A stretch of 60,794 bases of DNA, counting the filler. It is 4 parts of 4 records of this genome, joined end to end, with 100 filler letters (N's around TTAATTAATTAA, not from the genome) between each part and the next. Parts side by side here need not be neighbours in the genome. Positions count along the whole stretch, not along the records: positions 45,688 to 55,638 come from SRR20825019_835; positions 55,739 to 60,794 come from SRR20825019_915; 2 more parts are not named here. One strand, written 5' to 3'. Under the pieces are notes generated by a model. The model did no database searches, was not told the DNA's origin, and worked only from the letters and a program-made list of their open reading frames with translations. This document shows, in pieces, positions 49,296 through 58,152 of the stretch. The translations under genes and the position numbers were made by a program. How positions within the stretch are numbered: the first letter of the stretch is position 1; every line of letters starts with the position of its first letter.

Positions 49296-51431
49296 TTAAT
49301 GACTTCTCTCAGGCTTTTTATTTAATGATCTCATTATAGGGGGAACAGGAATTCTTGTATTTCTGTTAATTTCTTTATCTTTGTTTAATTCTATATGTTT
49401 ATTTAATTCATCAAATTTTTCTTTATTTATAGGTACAATATAATTTTTACCCTCTATTTTAAGTTTTAAATTGTCATTATTTACTTCTTTATCTACTTCA
49501 CCTTGAGGAAGAGTCATTTTACTAATATTTCCTTCTTTGTCATAATGTAGTTTTATGGAGAGATTTTTAGTATATTTGCCATTATCTTCTTGCAAGGATA
49601 AAGATAAAGTAAATGGTGTGCCTAAAGTTTTTACTTTGCTAGGAAAATCAATTTGTCTGAAGTTATTTACAATATTTTGTGAAATAGTATGATCTTTTTC
49701 ATTATTTCCAATACAGCATTTATTGTTATCCCATATAAGTTCTTTTGAATAATCTTTTAAAACATCTTTATAATTTTTTTCTTGTTTTTCTATTTCACTA
49801 AGTGTGCTTGGTTTTGATTTTATATCAAAATCCATAAACTTACCTTGCCCGCCTGTTATTTTCAAATCTTCTGGCTTAATTTTGGGTTCTTGAGTTTCAT
49901 GCTCATTATTTATATTAATATCAGGATTATTGCTATTTTTAGTTTGTTCAACTATCATTTGTTCTTTGCTTGGATCAACTTTATTTATTTGATTTTCATT
50001 ATTATGTATAATTACTTTACCAGATTTAGTAGGAGTATTTTCTTTTTCTAAAATTGTGTTTTCTTGATCTAATATATTATCTAAGTTTTTATTTTGTAAT
50101 TCTGATAATTGTCTATGTCTTATTTTTATATATTCTTTTAATGAACATTTTTGAACCTTTTTATCAAGGTCAGTTCTTATCCATTCAACTTTACTGTTAA
50201 TATTTTTGTTTTTAAGATACTTATCATCTGTTTTAAATATTTTTTCAATTTCTTTATTAATATTTTTATTATTTGGGTATTTAATAAGCTCATCTACTAA
50301 AAGTTGAATTTCCATTAGATTGGCAACTGATTTCATTTCTTTTTGATTTTCTTTTACAAAATTTAATGCGCTATCTGTTGTATGATCTAGAATTGTTTTA
50401 TTACTACTAGACTTATATTTAGAACCAATTCTAGATGATAATGTCTTTAAACTTTTGTTACAATCTTTTTGAATTTTACCGCCTTTATTTAAAAGCATAT
50501 TTAATTCAGTCTTTGACTCTTCTATTTTTATTTTTAATGCTTCTTCATTAATATCTTCTCTTAAAATATTAATAAAATCTTTGTCAGGAAATAATCCAGA
50601 ATAATCACGAGAAAGTTTGCTTTTAGAGTCTAGTACGAGTTTTTTTCTATTAACAAAGTCAAGAACCGGTCCTCTATCTTTAGAAATATTTGGAGAATGA
50701 TCAGAAGTAAAATTTTTAATTAGATCATTAAAAGCATGCCCATAATCTATTCTTGCATTATAGCATGTCTTTGAATCTTTACTACTTGAAATGACTGCGC
50801 ACATATTTCCAGGATTTACGTCATGATCACCAAGAAGAATTGAAACTTTTAGTAATTTAAATAACTCTTTTTTATCAATTTTATGTTCATAACCTTCTTT
50901 ACCATCTTTTGATTTTACAATTAATGGACTATCAACTTGAAATTCTTTATCAGATTTTGGAGAGCCTACAACTATTTTAGGGTGCTTTTTTATACCTGTA
51001 ATGTCTTCATAAATATCGTCATATGTTTTAACAGTATAATTTATATCCTTATTATCTCTACCTTCATTTAAATATCTTGAAGCTATTAAAATTTCTTCAT
51101 TATCTGTAACTAGTACTATTTCAGGACTTAATTCTGGTTTACCTTCTTTAATTTTACCATTTTCATCAATGTCATTTAATAATCCATAAGCCATTTTTGT
51201 AGCTAAATACTCACCTATAATATCAGATTGATCAGGGTCATAATTAACAATTTTCCTGTGCTTTATACCAAATTTGTTTTTTTCGCTATTAGATTTTTTT
51301 ACCTGACATAATAATTTTTCAACTTTATGATATAATTTAAAAGTCAAGCCTGTGCCTGAACTAGGCTTTTTTGAATCATTTTTATCTACAAAATCACTAA
51401 AATTCCTAATATGAGAATATATTTGAGACAT
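49296..51431 (-). CDS. Candidate secreted effector: atypical (PI-kinase/LepB/Risk1-like) kinase domain + Sca4/120-kDa antigen-like domain
   Basis: SSGTG loop, QVKK, GEYLA, ASRY, LGDHDVNPGN and RIDYGHAF. C-terminal RQIDFP..LSL..LHY..YIVPINKEKFDELNKHIELN resembles the rickettsial Sca4 antigen domain. Confidence 0.6.
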   Translation of the reverse strand: MSQIYSHIRNFSDFVDKNDSKKPSSGTGLTFKLYHKVEKLLCQVKKSNSEKNKFGIKHRKIVNYDPDQSDIIGEYLATKMAYGLLNDIDENGKIKEGKPELSPEIVLVTDNEEILIASRYLNEGRDNKDINYTVKTYDDIYEDITGIKKHPKIVVGSPKSDKEFQVDSPLIVKSKDGKEGYEHKIDKKELFKLLKVSILLGDHDVNPGNMCAVISSSKDSKTCYNARIDYGHAFNDLIKNFTSDHSPNISKDRGPVLDFVNRKKLVLDSKSKLSRDYSGLFPDKDFINILREDINEEALKIKIEESKTELNMLLNKGGKIQKDCNKSLKTLSSRIGSKYKSSSNKTILDHTTDSALNFVKENQKEMKSVANLMEIQLLVDELIKYPNNKNINKEIEKIFKTDDKYLKNKNINSKVEWIRTDLDKKVQKCSLKEYIKIRHRQLSELQNKNLDNILDQENTILEKENTPTKSGKVIIHNNENQINKVDPSKEQMIVEQTKNSNNPDININNEHETQEPKIKPEDLKITGGQGKFMDFDIKSKPSTLSEIEKQEKNYKDVLKDYSKELIWDNNKCCIGNNEKDHTISQNIVNNFRQIDFPSKVKTLGTPFTLSLSLQEDNGKYTKNLSIKLHYDKEGNISKMTLPQGEVDKEVNNDNLKLKIEGKNYIVPINKEKFDELNKHIELNKDKEINRNTRIPVPPIMRSLNKKPERSH

Positions 51432-51672
51432 AAATTAAATTTAAAATATTTAATTAAAGTCTAGCTAAAAAATTTAAAATTCAAATTATATTATTATTTA
51501 TTTACTAAAAATTTTATATTAAATTTGATATATGTATCATAAATGATACATTATAAATACATCATAGCATAATTAATCTATAAATAATATGTAGAGATAT
51601 TATTATAGTTAATTAAGTTAATAAAAAGATTCTATTTTTTAGAAATTATCTATAATATTTAAACAAATATGT

Positions 51673-52029
51673 TTAAGCTAAGAATTGTTTAGCTTTTTCA
51701 GTAATTTGAGTAAAACTTGCAAAGTCTTTGGTTGCAAGTTCAGATAAGATTTTTCTATCAATAGCGATTTGAGCTTTATTTAGGCCGCATACAAGCTTAG
51801 AATAAGAAATTCCATTCATTCTAGCAGCAGCATTAATTCTTTGGATCCAAAGGGATCTGAAATCTCTTTTTTTAACTTTTCTGTCTCTGTAAGAATATGC
51901 TAAAGCTTTTTCAACTTTTTCTATGGCTACTCTATAACAGTTATTAGCTCTTCCTCTATAGCCTTTGGCCATTTTAAGAATTTTCTTATGTCTTTTTTTA
52001 TTTACTATTCCTGATTTTGCTCTAGTCAT
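51673..52029 (-). CDS. rplT: 50S ribosomal protein L20
   Basis: [12 protein letters not shown]...[26 protein letters not shown]. Confidence 0.98.
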   Translation of the reverse strand: MTRAKSGIVNKKRHKKILKMAKGYRGRANNCYRVAIEKVEKALAYSYRDRKVKKRDFRSLWIQRINAAARMNGISYSKLVCGLNKAQIAIDRKILSELATKDFASFTQITEKAKQFLA

Positions 52030-52073
52030 ATCTTTATATATTTAATAATTATGATTATTATTTTTAGTTAATA

Positions 52074-52277
52074 TTATCTACTGTATGGCATAAATTGCTT
52101 TATAATATTATCTGCATCTTTACCGGTAAGTACAGTTGTACCTCTTAAATTTCTTATTTGGGTTTTTGTTCTTCTTCTCATAAAATGACTTTTACCAGCT
52201 TGGGACGCTTTTAACTTTCCTGATGCAGTTATTTTAAATCTTTTTTTTGCAGCTGATTTTGTCTTTAATTTTGGCAT
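52074..52277 (-). CDS. rpmI: 50S ribosomal protein L35
   Basis: [21 protein letters not shown]; lies upstream of rplT. Confidence 0.98.
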   Translation of the reverse strand: MPKLKTKSAAKKRFKITASGKLKASQAGKSHFMRRRTKTQIRNLRGTTVLTGKDADNIIKQFMPYSR

Positions 52278-52378
52278 TTCAATAATAATATGTTATAAAC
52301 GATTATTATATACACAAAAACCCATGCTTGCAAGTACTTAAGTAAAATTTAGATATTTAAAAGCTTAATTAATTGTTG

Positions 52379-53317
52379 TTAACTCTTAATTTTATTATTT
52401 ATAAGATTTTTAAATACTTTTTCTAAATCTGAACCATATGAAATAATATCGGCTATTTCAAGTTTTTCATTATGAATAACATTTAAGAAATTGCTAATAG
52501 GATCTTTTTTATCAAGATTTATTTCAAGTGATTTTTTATTTAACAATTTCATATTATATTTGGTGTTATATTTTTTATAAAAATCTTCTAAATTTTCTTT
52601 AAAATCTATTTTATAACTTTTACTTTCAAGTAAATTTAAAACATTTTCTTTACTTCCAGACTTTATAATTTTACCATTATTAATAAATGCAATCTCATCA
52701 CATAATTCTCTTGCTTCTGCCATATAATGAGTTGTTAAAATAATTGTCACTCCCTGTTTATTTAATTTTTTTACGTAAGACCATAACTGATCTCTTAATT
52801 CAATATCAACACCTGCTGTCGGCTCATCAAGTATTAATAAATCTGGTTCGTGAACGAGAGCTTTTGCTATCATGACACGCCTTTTCATACCGCCTGATAA
52901 TTCTCTAGCTTTTGATCTTGCTTTATCTTTTAAATGTAAAGCTTTTAGTAAATAATTTATTTTATCTTTAGATAATTGTATACCGTAATATCCAGCATAT
53001 AAATTTAAATATTCTTCTATAGTAAAATAAGTATCAAGATTAATCTCTTGAGGAACTACGCCAATCTTTTTTTTAGATAATTTAGGATAAATATCTATAT
53101 CATATCCAGAAATAATAACCTTTCCTGATGTTTTAGTAGAAATGCCAGCTAATATATTAATTAATGAGGATTTTCCAGCACCATTTGGTCCAAGAAGACC
53201 AAATATAGTACCCTTTTTAATTGATAAAGATACTTTATTTAGTGCAGCTTTTGGTTTTGATGATGAGTTTGTGTTATAGATTTTTATTAAATCTTTAACT
53301 AAAAGAGCATGTTCCAT
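52379..53317 (-). CDS. ABC-2 type transporter ATP-binding protein
   Basis: Walker A GPNGAGKS, signature LSGGMKRR, Walker B LLILDEPTAGVD, H-loop LTTHY. Confidence 0.93.
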   Translation of the reverse strand: MEHALLVKDLIKIYNTNSSSKPKAALNKVSLSIKKGTIFGLLGPNGAGKSSLINILAGISTKTSGKVIISGYDIDIYPKLSKKKIGVVPQEINLDTYFTIEEYLNLYAGYYGIQLSKDKINYLLKALHLKDKARSKARELSGGMKRRVMIAKALVHEPDLLILDEPTAGVDIELRDQLWSYVKKLNKQGVTIILTTHYMAEARELCDEIAFINNGKIIKSGSKENVLNLLESKSYKIDFKENLEDFYKKYNTKYNMKLLNKKSLEINLDKKDPISNFLNVIHNEKLEIADIISYGSDLEKVFKNLINNKIKS

Positions 53318-53418
53318 AAATTTAAATTATACCTGTTATATATTGTTATGGCTAAAAAATGAATTAATAAAATATTGAATTATTAAATTTACTAAAAATA
53401 TAATTTAAAAATAAAAAA

Positions 53419-53862
53419 TTACGCAACATCATCATTATCATAGTGATTTTTTTCATAATTTTCATGTTTTTCTTGAGCTTTGATACATAAAGTAGCAACT
53501 GGCCTGGCTTCTAGTCTTTTAATACCAATAGGATCACCTGTTTCTTCACAATATCCATAGTTTTTTTTATCTATTCGATTAAGTGCTTGATTAATTTTTT
53601 CAATGAGTTTTCTATATCTACTTCTAGTTTTTAGCTCAAGACTAGTTTCAGTTTCAAGGCTTGCTCTATCATTAAGGTCTGGTTCATGCCAATGATTTTC
53701 TTTTAAATGATTTAGAGTTTCATGAGATTCATCTAAAAGTTCTTTTTTCCAATCGAGTAGTTTAATTTTAAAATACTCAAGTTGCATATCATTCATATAT
53801 TCCTCACTTTCTGAAGGCTTATAGTTTTTAGGCAAAATTACATTACTTGACTCTTCGTTCAT
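53419..53862 (-). CDS. dksA: RNA polymerase-binding protein DksA (two-Cys alphaproteobacterial type)
   Basis: EEYMN..QLEYF, DLNDRAS, YGYCEETGDPIG..RLEARPVATLC. Confidence 0.96.
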   Translation of the reverse strand: MNEESSNVILPKNYKPSESEEYMNDMQLEYFKIKLLDWKKELLDESHETLNHLKENHWHEPDLNDRASLETETSLELKTRSRYRKLIEKINQALNRIDKKNYGYCEETGDPIGIKRLEARPVATLCIKAQEKHENYEKNHYDNDDVA

Positions 53863-53945
53863 ATTTATATTTTATTGTTAAAAACATGAATAATAATTAC
53901 ATGTTAAAATTATATCAAGAAGTTATTTAGCTTAATTTTTTTCCT

Positions 53946-54869
53946 TTATTTATCTTTATTTGATAGTGGATGTGCTTTATTATAGGATTCAGTTAGATGT
54001 TTAAGATTCACTTTAGTATAATGTTGTGTTGTAGATAAATTTGAATGTCCTAAAAGCCCTTGAATAGATCTCAGATCTGCACCATTTTCAAGTAAGTGAG
54101 TAGCAAAACTATGTCTAAAAACGTGAGGAGTAACATTTTCTGGTAGGCCTAAATTTCTTCTTAGTTTTATAAGTTGTCTACTAAAAACTTGTGGTTTTAA
54201 TGGCTTGCCTCTTAATCCTAAAAAAATTGGAGTTTCGTTATCTATATTATGAGGTATTATTTTAATATAATCATATATTTTATCTTTTACTTTTGTTAAT
54301 ATTGGAACTATCCTTTGTTTATTTCCTTTACCTGTAATAGTCAGATAATCACTCTTAAGTGAATTTTTAGTTATAGATAATGCTTCAGATATCCTAAGAC
54401 CTGTTGAATAAATCAAAATTAAAATTGTATAATCTCTTACTGACGTCCATTCTTGTTTAGAATAATTCTTCATGTCTTCAATAGCTGTAGAAGCAGCTTG
54501 CTCTGATAATGCTTTTGGAATTGATGATGGTCTTTTGGGCCCTTTTAGTGCAAATATATATTCATTTTTAAAACCAATAAATTCATTTAAAAATTTATAG
54601 AAGCTTTTTATAGTTGAAATTGCTCTTAAGGTAGATTTTGTGCTGTAATTATTTATTCTTCTATTTGCAAGCCATCCTCTTAAATTATATGTATTTACTT
54701 CCTTAATTTGGTTTAGATTTACAAATTTATCATTTGATAAATATTCTGTAAAATTTGAAAAATCATTAACATATGATTTAATTGTATTTTCAGAATAATG
54801 TAACTCAAGTGATAAAAATTCAATCCATTGGTTTTTTATAGATATGATTTCTGGTGCTAATTTATTCAT
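53946..54869 (-). CDS. xerC: Tyrosine recombinase XerC
   Basis: YSTGLRISE, GKGNKQR, TPHVFRHSFATHLL, LLGHSNLSTTQHYT. Start overlaps the mnmE stop (ATGA). Confidence 0.9.
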   Translation of the reverse strand: MNKLAPEIISIKNQWIEFLSLELHYSENTIKSYVNDFSNFTEYLSNDKFVNLNQIKEVNTYNLRGWLANRRINNYSTKSTLRAISTIKSFYKFLNEFIGFKNEYIFALKGPKRPSSIPKALSEQAASTAIEDMKNYSKQEWTSVRDYTILILIYSTGLRISEALSITKNSLKSDYLTITGKGNKQRIVPILTKVKDKIYDYIKIIPHNIDNETPIFLGLRGKPLKPQVFSRQLIKLRRNLGLPENVTPHVFRHSFATHLLENGADLRSIQGLLGHSNLSTTQHYTKVNLKHLTESYNKAHPLSNKDK

Positions 54870-55638
54870 TTACCTATACAAAAATTTGAAAAAATTTCAC
54901 CAAGTATGTCTTCTGTATCAATATTACCAGTTAACATACTTAGCTCTTGACACGCAATTCTTAAATCTTCTGCAACTAATTCCATATCTTTATTTAAAGA
55001 TATGTTTTCAAGAGAAATTAATCCTCTTTTTAGTGCATTTCTATATCTTTCTCTTGTTATTATTGGAGAATTAGTTGGTTTTGCAAGTATTTCTGCAATT
55101 GATATAATTTTTTTTAAAACTAACTCTGTTCCTTCATTAGTAATTAAAGAAGTTGTAATAATATTTGAATCTTTTAAAGTAATTGAATCTTTTATAGTAA
55201 TTTTTTTAGTTTTAAGTAAATCTATTTTATTTAGTATTATAATAGTTTGATTATCTATTAATTTGATAATTTCAGTATCATCAGTTAAATCGTTTAAAGA
55301 AGAAACAACTATTTCATCTTTATCATATTTATTATTACTATTATTATTTTTAATTTTTAATGAATTTTTTAGCAAATATTCACAGCTAAACATTAAAATT
55401 TTTATATCTGAAATCTTAGCTAGTTGTTTTGCTCTTTTTATACCTTCAAGTTCAATATGATTTTTAGATTTATTATTAAATCCTGCTGTGTCATTAATTT
55501 TAAAAGGATAATTTCCAATATTAATATTTGCTGTTACTATATCTCTTGTTGTTCCAGATATTCCAGATACTATAGAAGTTTGCTTTTGAGTAATAAAATT
55601 AATTAGACTAGATTTACCAGAATTTGGTTTACCTATTA
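54866..55638 (-). CDS. mnmE: tRNA modification GTPase MnmE, 5' truncated by contig end
   Basis: Frame open from the contig end: GKPNSGKSSL, GTTRD, DTAG, NKID, C-terminal FSNFCIGK. Confidence 0.95.
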
Positions 55639-55738
55639 NNNNNNNNNNNNNNNNNNNNNNNNNNNNNNNNNNNNNNNNNNNNTTAATTAATTAANNNNNN
55701 NNNNNNNNNNNNNNNNNNNNNNNNNNNNNNNNNNNNNN
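55639..55738. other. Artificial contig linker
   Basis: N44-TTAATTAATTAA-N44; base composition switches to GC-rich. Confidence 0.98.
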
Positions 55739-55813
55739 AAGGTCGTCGAACATCTGTTGAACCAGTTCTTCGTCGTCCAGTTCCGACAGGATGATTTCGT
55801 CTTCGTCTGACAT
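55739..55813 (-). CDS. Cobalamin-binding (corrinoid) module of split methionine synthase, N-terminal fragment
   Basis: MSDEDEIILSELDDEELVQQMFDDL is the typical start of Rhodobacteraceae B12-binding-domain proteins. Lies near bmt; truncated at the linker. Confidence 0.75.
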
Positions 55814-55989
55814 GGCAGATCCCTTTATTTTCAGCCCACGGCCCACCGCAGTTTGATCCCTTTTGACACAAAGCCCAAGGGGGACTGTCAAAATTGCGAC
55901 ACACGCCGCGCGATGTGCGACCTGAGAGTTACGAAAGCCACTTAATCGTCCGGCCTGACAGGGTAAAGCGGCTTTTGCACTGGCACAAT

Positions 55990-56004
55990 GTTCCCTTTAT
56001 GTTC
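55990..56004 (+). promoter_or_regulatory. Alphaproteobacterial LexA (SOS) box
   Basis: GTTC-CCTTTAT-GTTC is an exact GTTC-N7-GTTC, 12 nt before ATG 56017. Confidence 0.8.
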
Positions 56005-56016
56005 TATCGTGCGAGG

Positions 56017-57093
56017 ATGACACGTCAAACCTACGCCATGCGGGCCCTGGGGCGCGGGGCCGCCAGCAACGCGGTCAGCCGCTATGACAGGCTGACCCGA
56101 ACCGAGGAAGACGACGGCTGGGACGCGGGCGAGGCGTTGCCGCCCCTGCGCACCGAAGTCAGTGTCGAGGTGCCGCGCAGCATCATCACCTATAACAAGT
56201 CGCCGGATCTGCCGTTTGACCGGTCGATCAATGTCTATCGCGGTTGCGAACACGGCTGCGTTTATTGTTTCGCGCGGCCCAGCCACGCCTATCTGGGGCT
56301 GTCGCCGGGGTTGGATTTCGAAACCCGGCTGATTGCGCGCCCCGATGCGCCGCAAGTGTTGCAGCGTGAGCTGGCGGCGCGGCGCTACACCGTGGCCCCG
56401 ATTGCCATGGGGACGAACACCGATCCCTATCAGCCGATCGAGCGGGAACACGGTATCACGCGGGCCTGTTTGCAGGTGCTGTCAGATGCGCGTCATCCGG
56501 TCGCCATTGTCACCAAGGGCACGCTGATCGAACGCGACATCGACATCCTGTCGGACATGGCGCGGCGGGGGCTGGTGCGCGTGGGCATTTCCGTCACCAC
56601 CTTGGACGCGCGCCTGTCACGGCTGATGGAGCCGCGGTTGCCCGGGCCGAAACGGCGGATCGAGATCATACGGCGGCTGGCGCAGGCCGGGATTCCTGTG
56701 CGGGTCATGGCATCGCCCATGATCCCGGCGCTGACCGATCCCGAGCTTGAGAGCATTCTGGCGGCAGGCAAGAAAGCGGGCGCGCGCTCGGCCAGCTGGA
56801 TCATGCTGCGCCTGCCGCGCGAGGTGTCGCCGCTGGTGCAGGAGTGGCTGGCGCAACATTACCCCGACCGCGCGGGGCGCATCATGGCGCGCTTGCGTGA
56901 AATGCACGGCGGGGCAGATTATGATTCCCGCTGGGGGCAACGGATGCGCGGCACCGGACCCTATGCCGAGATGGTGGCGCAGCGGTTCAACGTCACGGTG
57001 AAGCGGCTGGGGTTGAAGACCGCCGGCACGCCGATGCGCTGCGATCTGTTCCGGCCCCCGGTGTTGCCGGGGGCGCAGATGTCATTGTTCTGA
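56017..57093 (+). CDS. PA0069/Rv2578c-family radical SAM protein (spore photoproduct lyase-like, DNA repair)
   Basis: RSINVYRGCEHGCVYCFARPSH (CxxxCxxC), GTNTDPYQP, C-terminal QMSLF. Start placed at ATG 56017. Confidence 0.9.
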   Translation: MTRQTYAMRALGRGAASNAVSRYDRLTRTEEDDGWDAGEALPPLRTEVSVEVPRSIITYNKSPDLPFDRSINVYRGCEHGCVYCFARPSHAYLGLSPGLDFETRLIARPDAPQVLQRELAARRYTVAPIAMGTNTDPYQPIEREHGITRACLQVLSDARHPVAIVTKGTLIERDIDILSDMARRGLVRVGISVTTLDARLSRLMEPRLPGPKRRIEIIRRLAQAGIPVRVMASPMIPALTDPELESILAAGKKAGARSASWIMLRLPREVSPLVQEWLAQHYPDRAGRIMARLREMHGGADYDSRWGQRMRGTGPYAEMVAQRFNVTVKRLGLKTAGTPMRCDLFRPPVLPGAQMSLF

Positions 57094-58113
57094 TTACGTC
57101 CGGCTGCGGCGGTTGCGGCTGCGGCGCTGGGGGGCGTCGGATTGGTCGCCGGTGCCGTCGTTCTCTGAGGAAAACGCGCCCAGCTTGGCGACGATCTCTT
57201 CCAGCAGCGGGGCGTCGCCCTTGGGCCGCGTGTCCAGCGCCTCGCGCATGGCGCGCAGGTGGTCGGGCATGGTGCCACAGCAGCCGCCAATGATCCGCGC
57301 GCCGCAGTTGCGCGCCATCACGGCATAGTCCGCCATCAGTTCGGGCGTGCCATCATAGTGGATATGCCCATCGTGGTATTTCGGAATGCCCGCGTTGCCC
57401 TTGGCAATGATCGGGCGGGTGGGGTTTGCCGCGACAAAGCCCAGCACGGTGCGCAGCAGGTCGGACGATCCGGTGCCGCAGTTGGCGCCGAAAGCCATCG
57501 GTGCGTTTTCCAGTTCCTGCACTAGCTCGACCAGGCCGGAGCTTGTCAGGCCCATCATGGTGCGCCCTGCGGTGTCAAAGCTCATGGTGCCGCACCAGTC
57601 CAGTCCGGCCAGCGCAAAGCCTTCGGCGGCGGCGCGGTATTCTTCGGGGGCGGAAATGGTTTCCAGCCAGCCCACATCGGCACCGCCCGCTTTCAGCCCG
57701 TCGGCGGTTTCGTGGAACATCTCGACCGCGACGGCGTGGCTGAGCGCGCCCACGGGTTCCATGATCTCGCCGGTGGGGCCGACTGAGCCTGCCACCACGA
57801 TGGGACGGCCTGCGGTGTCGGCCACTTCGCGGGCAATCTCGGCCGAGATGCGCGACAGGGCATGGGCGCGTTTGGCGGCGCCGTGCAGTTTCAGCCGCGA
57901 GGCGTTGGCCCCGAAAGAGTTGGTCAGGAAAATGTCCGACCCGGCATCAACTGCGCCGCGGTACAGCGTGGTGATGCGGTCGGGGTGTTCCTCGTTCCAC
58001 ATCTCGGGCGCATCGCCCGACATCAAACCCATGTTGAACAGGTTGGTGCCCGTGGCGCCATCTGCCAGCAGGGTGTCGTGGGTTTCAAGCATCTTGCTCA
58101 GCAAATTCGTCAT
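57094..58113 (-). CDS. bmt: Homocysteine S-methyltransferase module (Bmt-type) of split methionine synthase
   Basis: LADGATGTNL, GSVGPTG, GRTMMG, GANCG and IIGGCCGT zinc motifs. Confidence 0.88.
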   Translation of the reverse strand: MTNLLSKMLETHDTLLADGATGTNLFNMGLMSGDAPEMWNEEHPDRITTLYRGAVDAGSDIFLTNSFGANASRLKLHGAAKRAHALSRISAEIAREVADTAGRPIVVAGSVGPTGEIMEPVGALSHAVAVEMFHETADGLKAGGADVGWLETISAPEEYRAAAEGFALAGLDWCGTMSFDTAGRTMMGLTSSGLVELVQELENAPMAFGANCGTGSSDLLRTVLGFVAANPTRPIIAKGNAGIPKYHDGHIHYDGTPELMADYAVMARNCGARIIGGCCGTMPDHLRAMREALDTRPKGDAPLLEEIVAKLGAFSSENDGTGDQSDAPQRRSRNRRSRT

Positions 58114-58152
58114 CTCAGGGCCTTTCTCGCGCGCGCGTGATTGTTCCATTTG

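Noticed and set aside
53946-54869. Tyrosine recombinase as a sign of a prophage or integrative element
   Set aside because: Housekeeping XerC context (mnmE-xerC-dksA) with no att sites or mobile genes.
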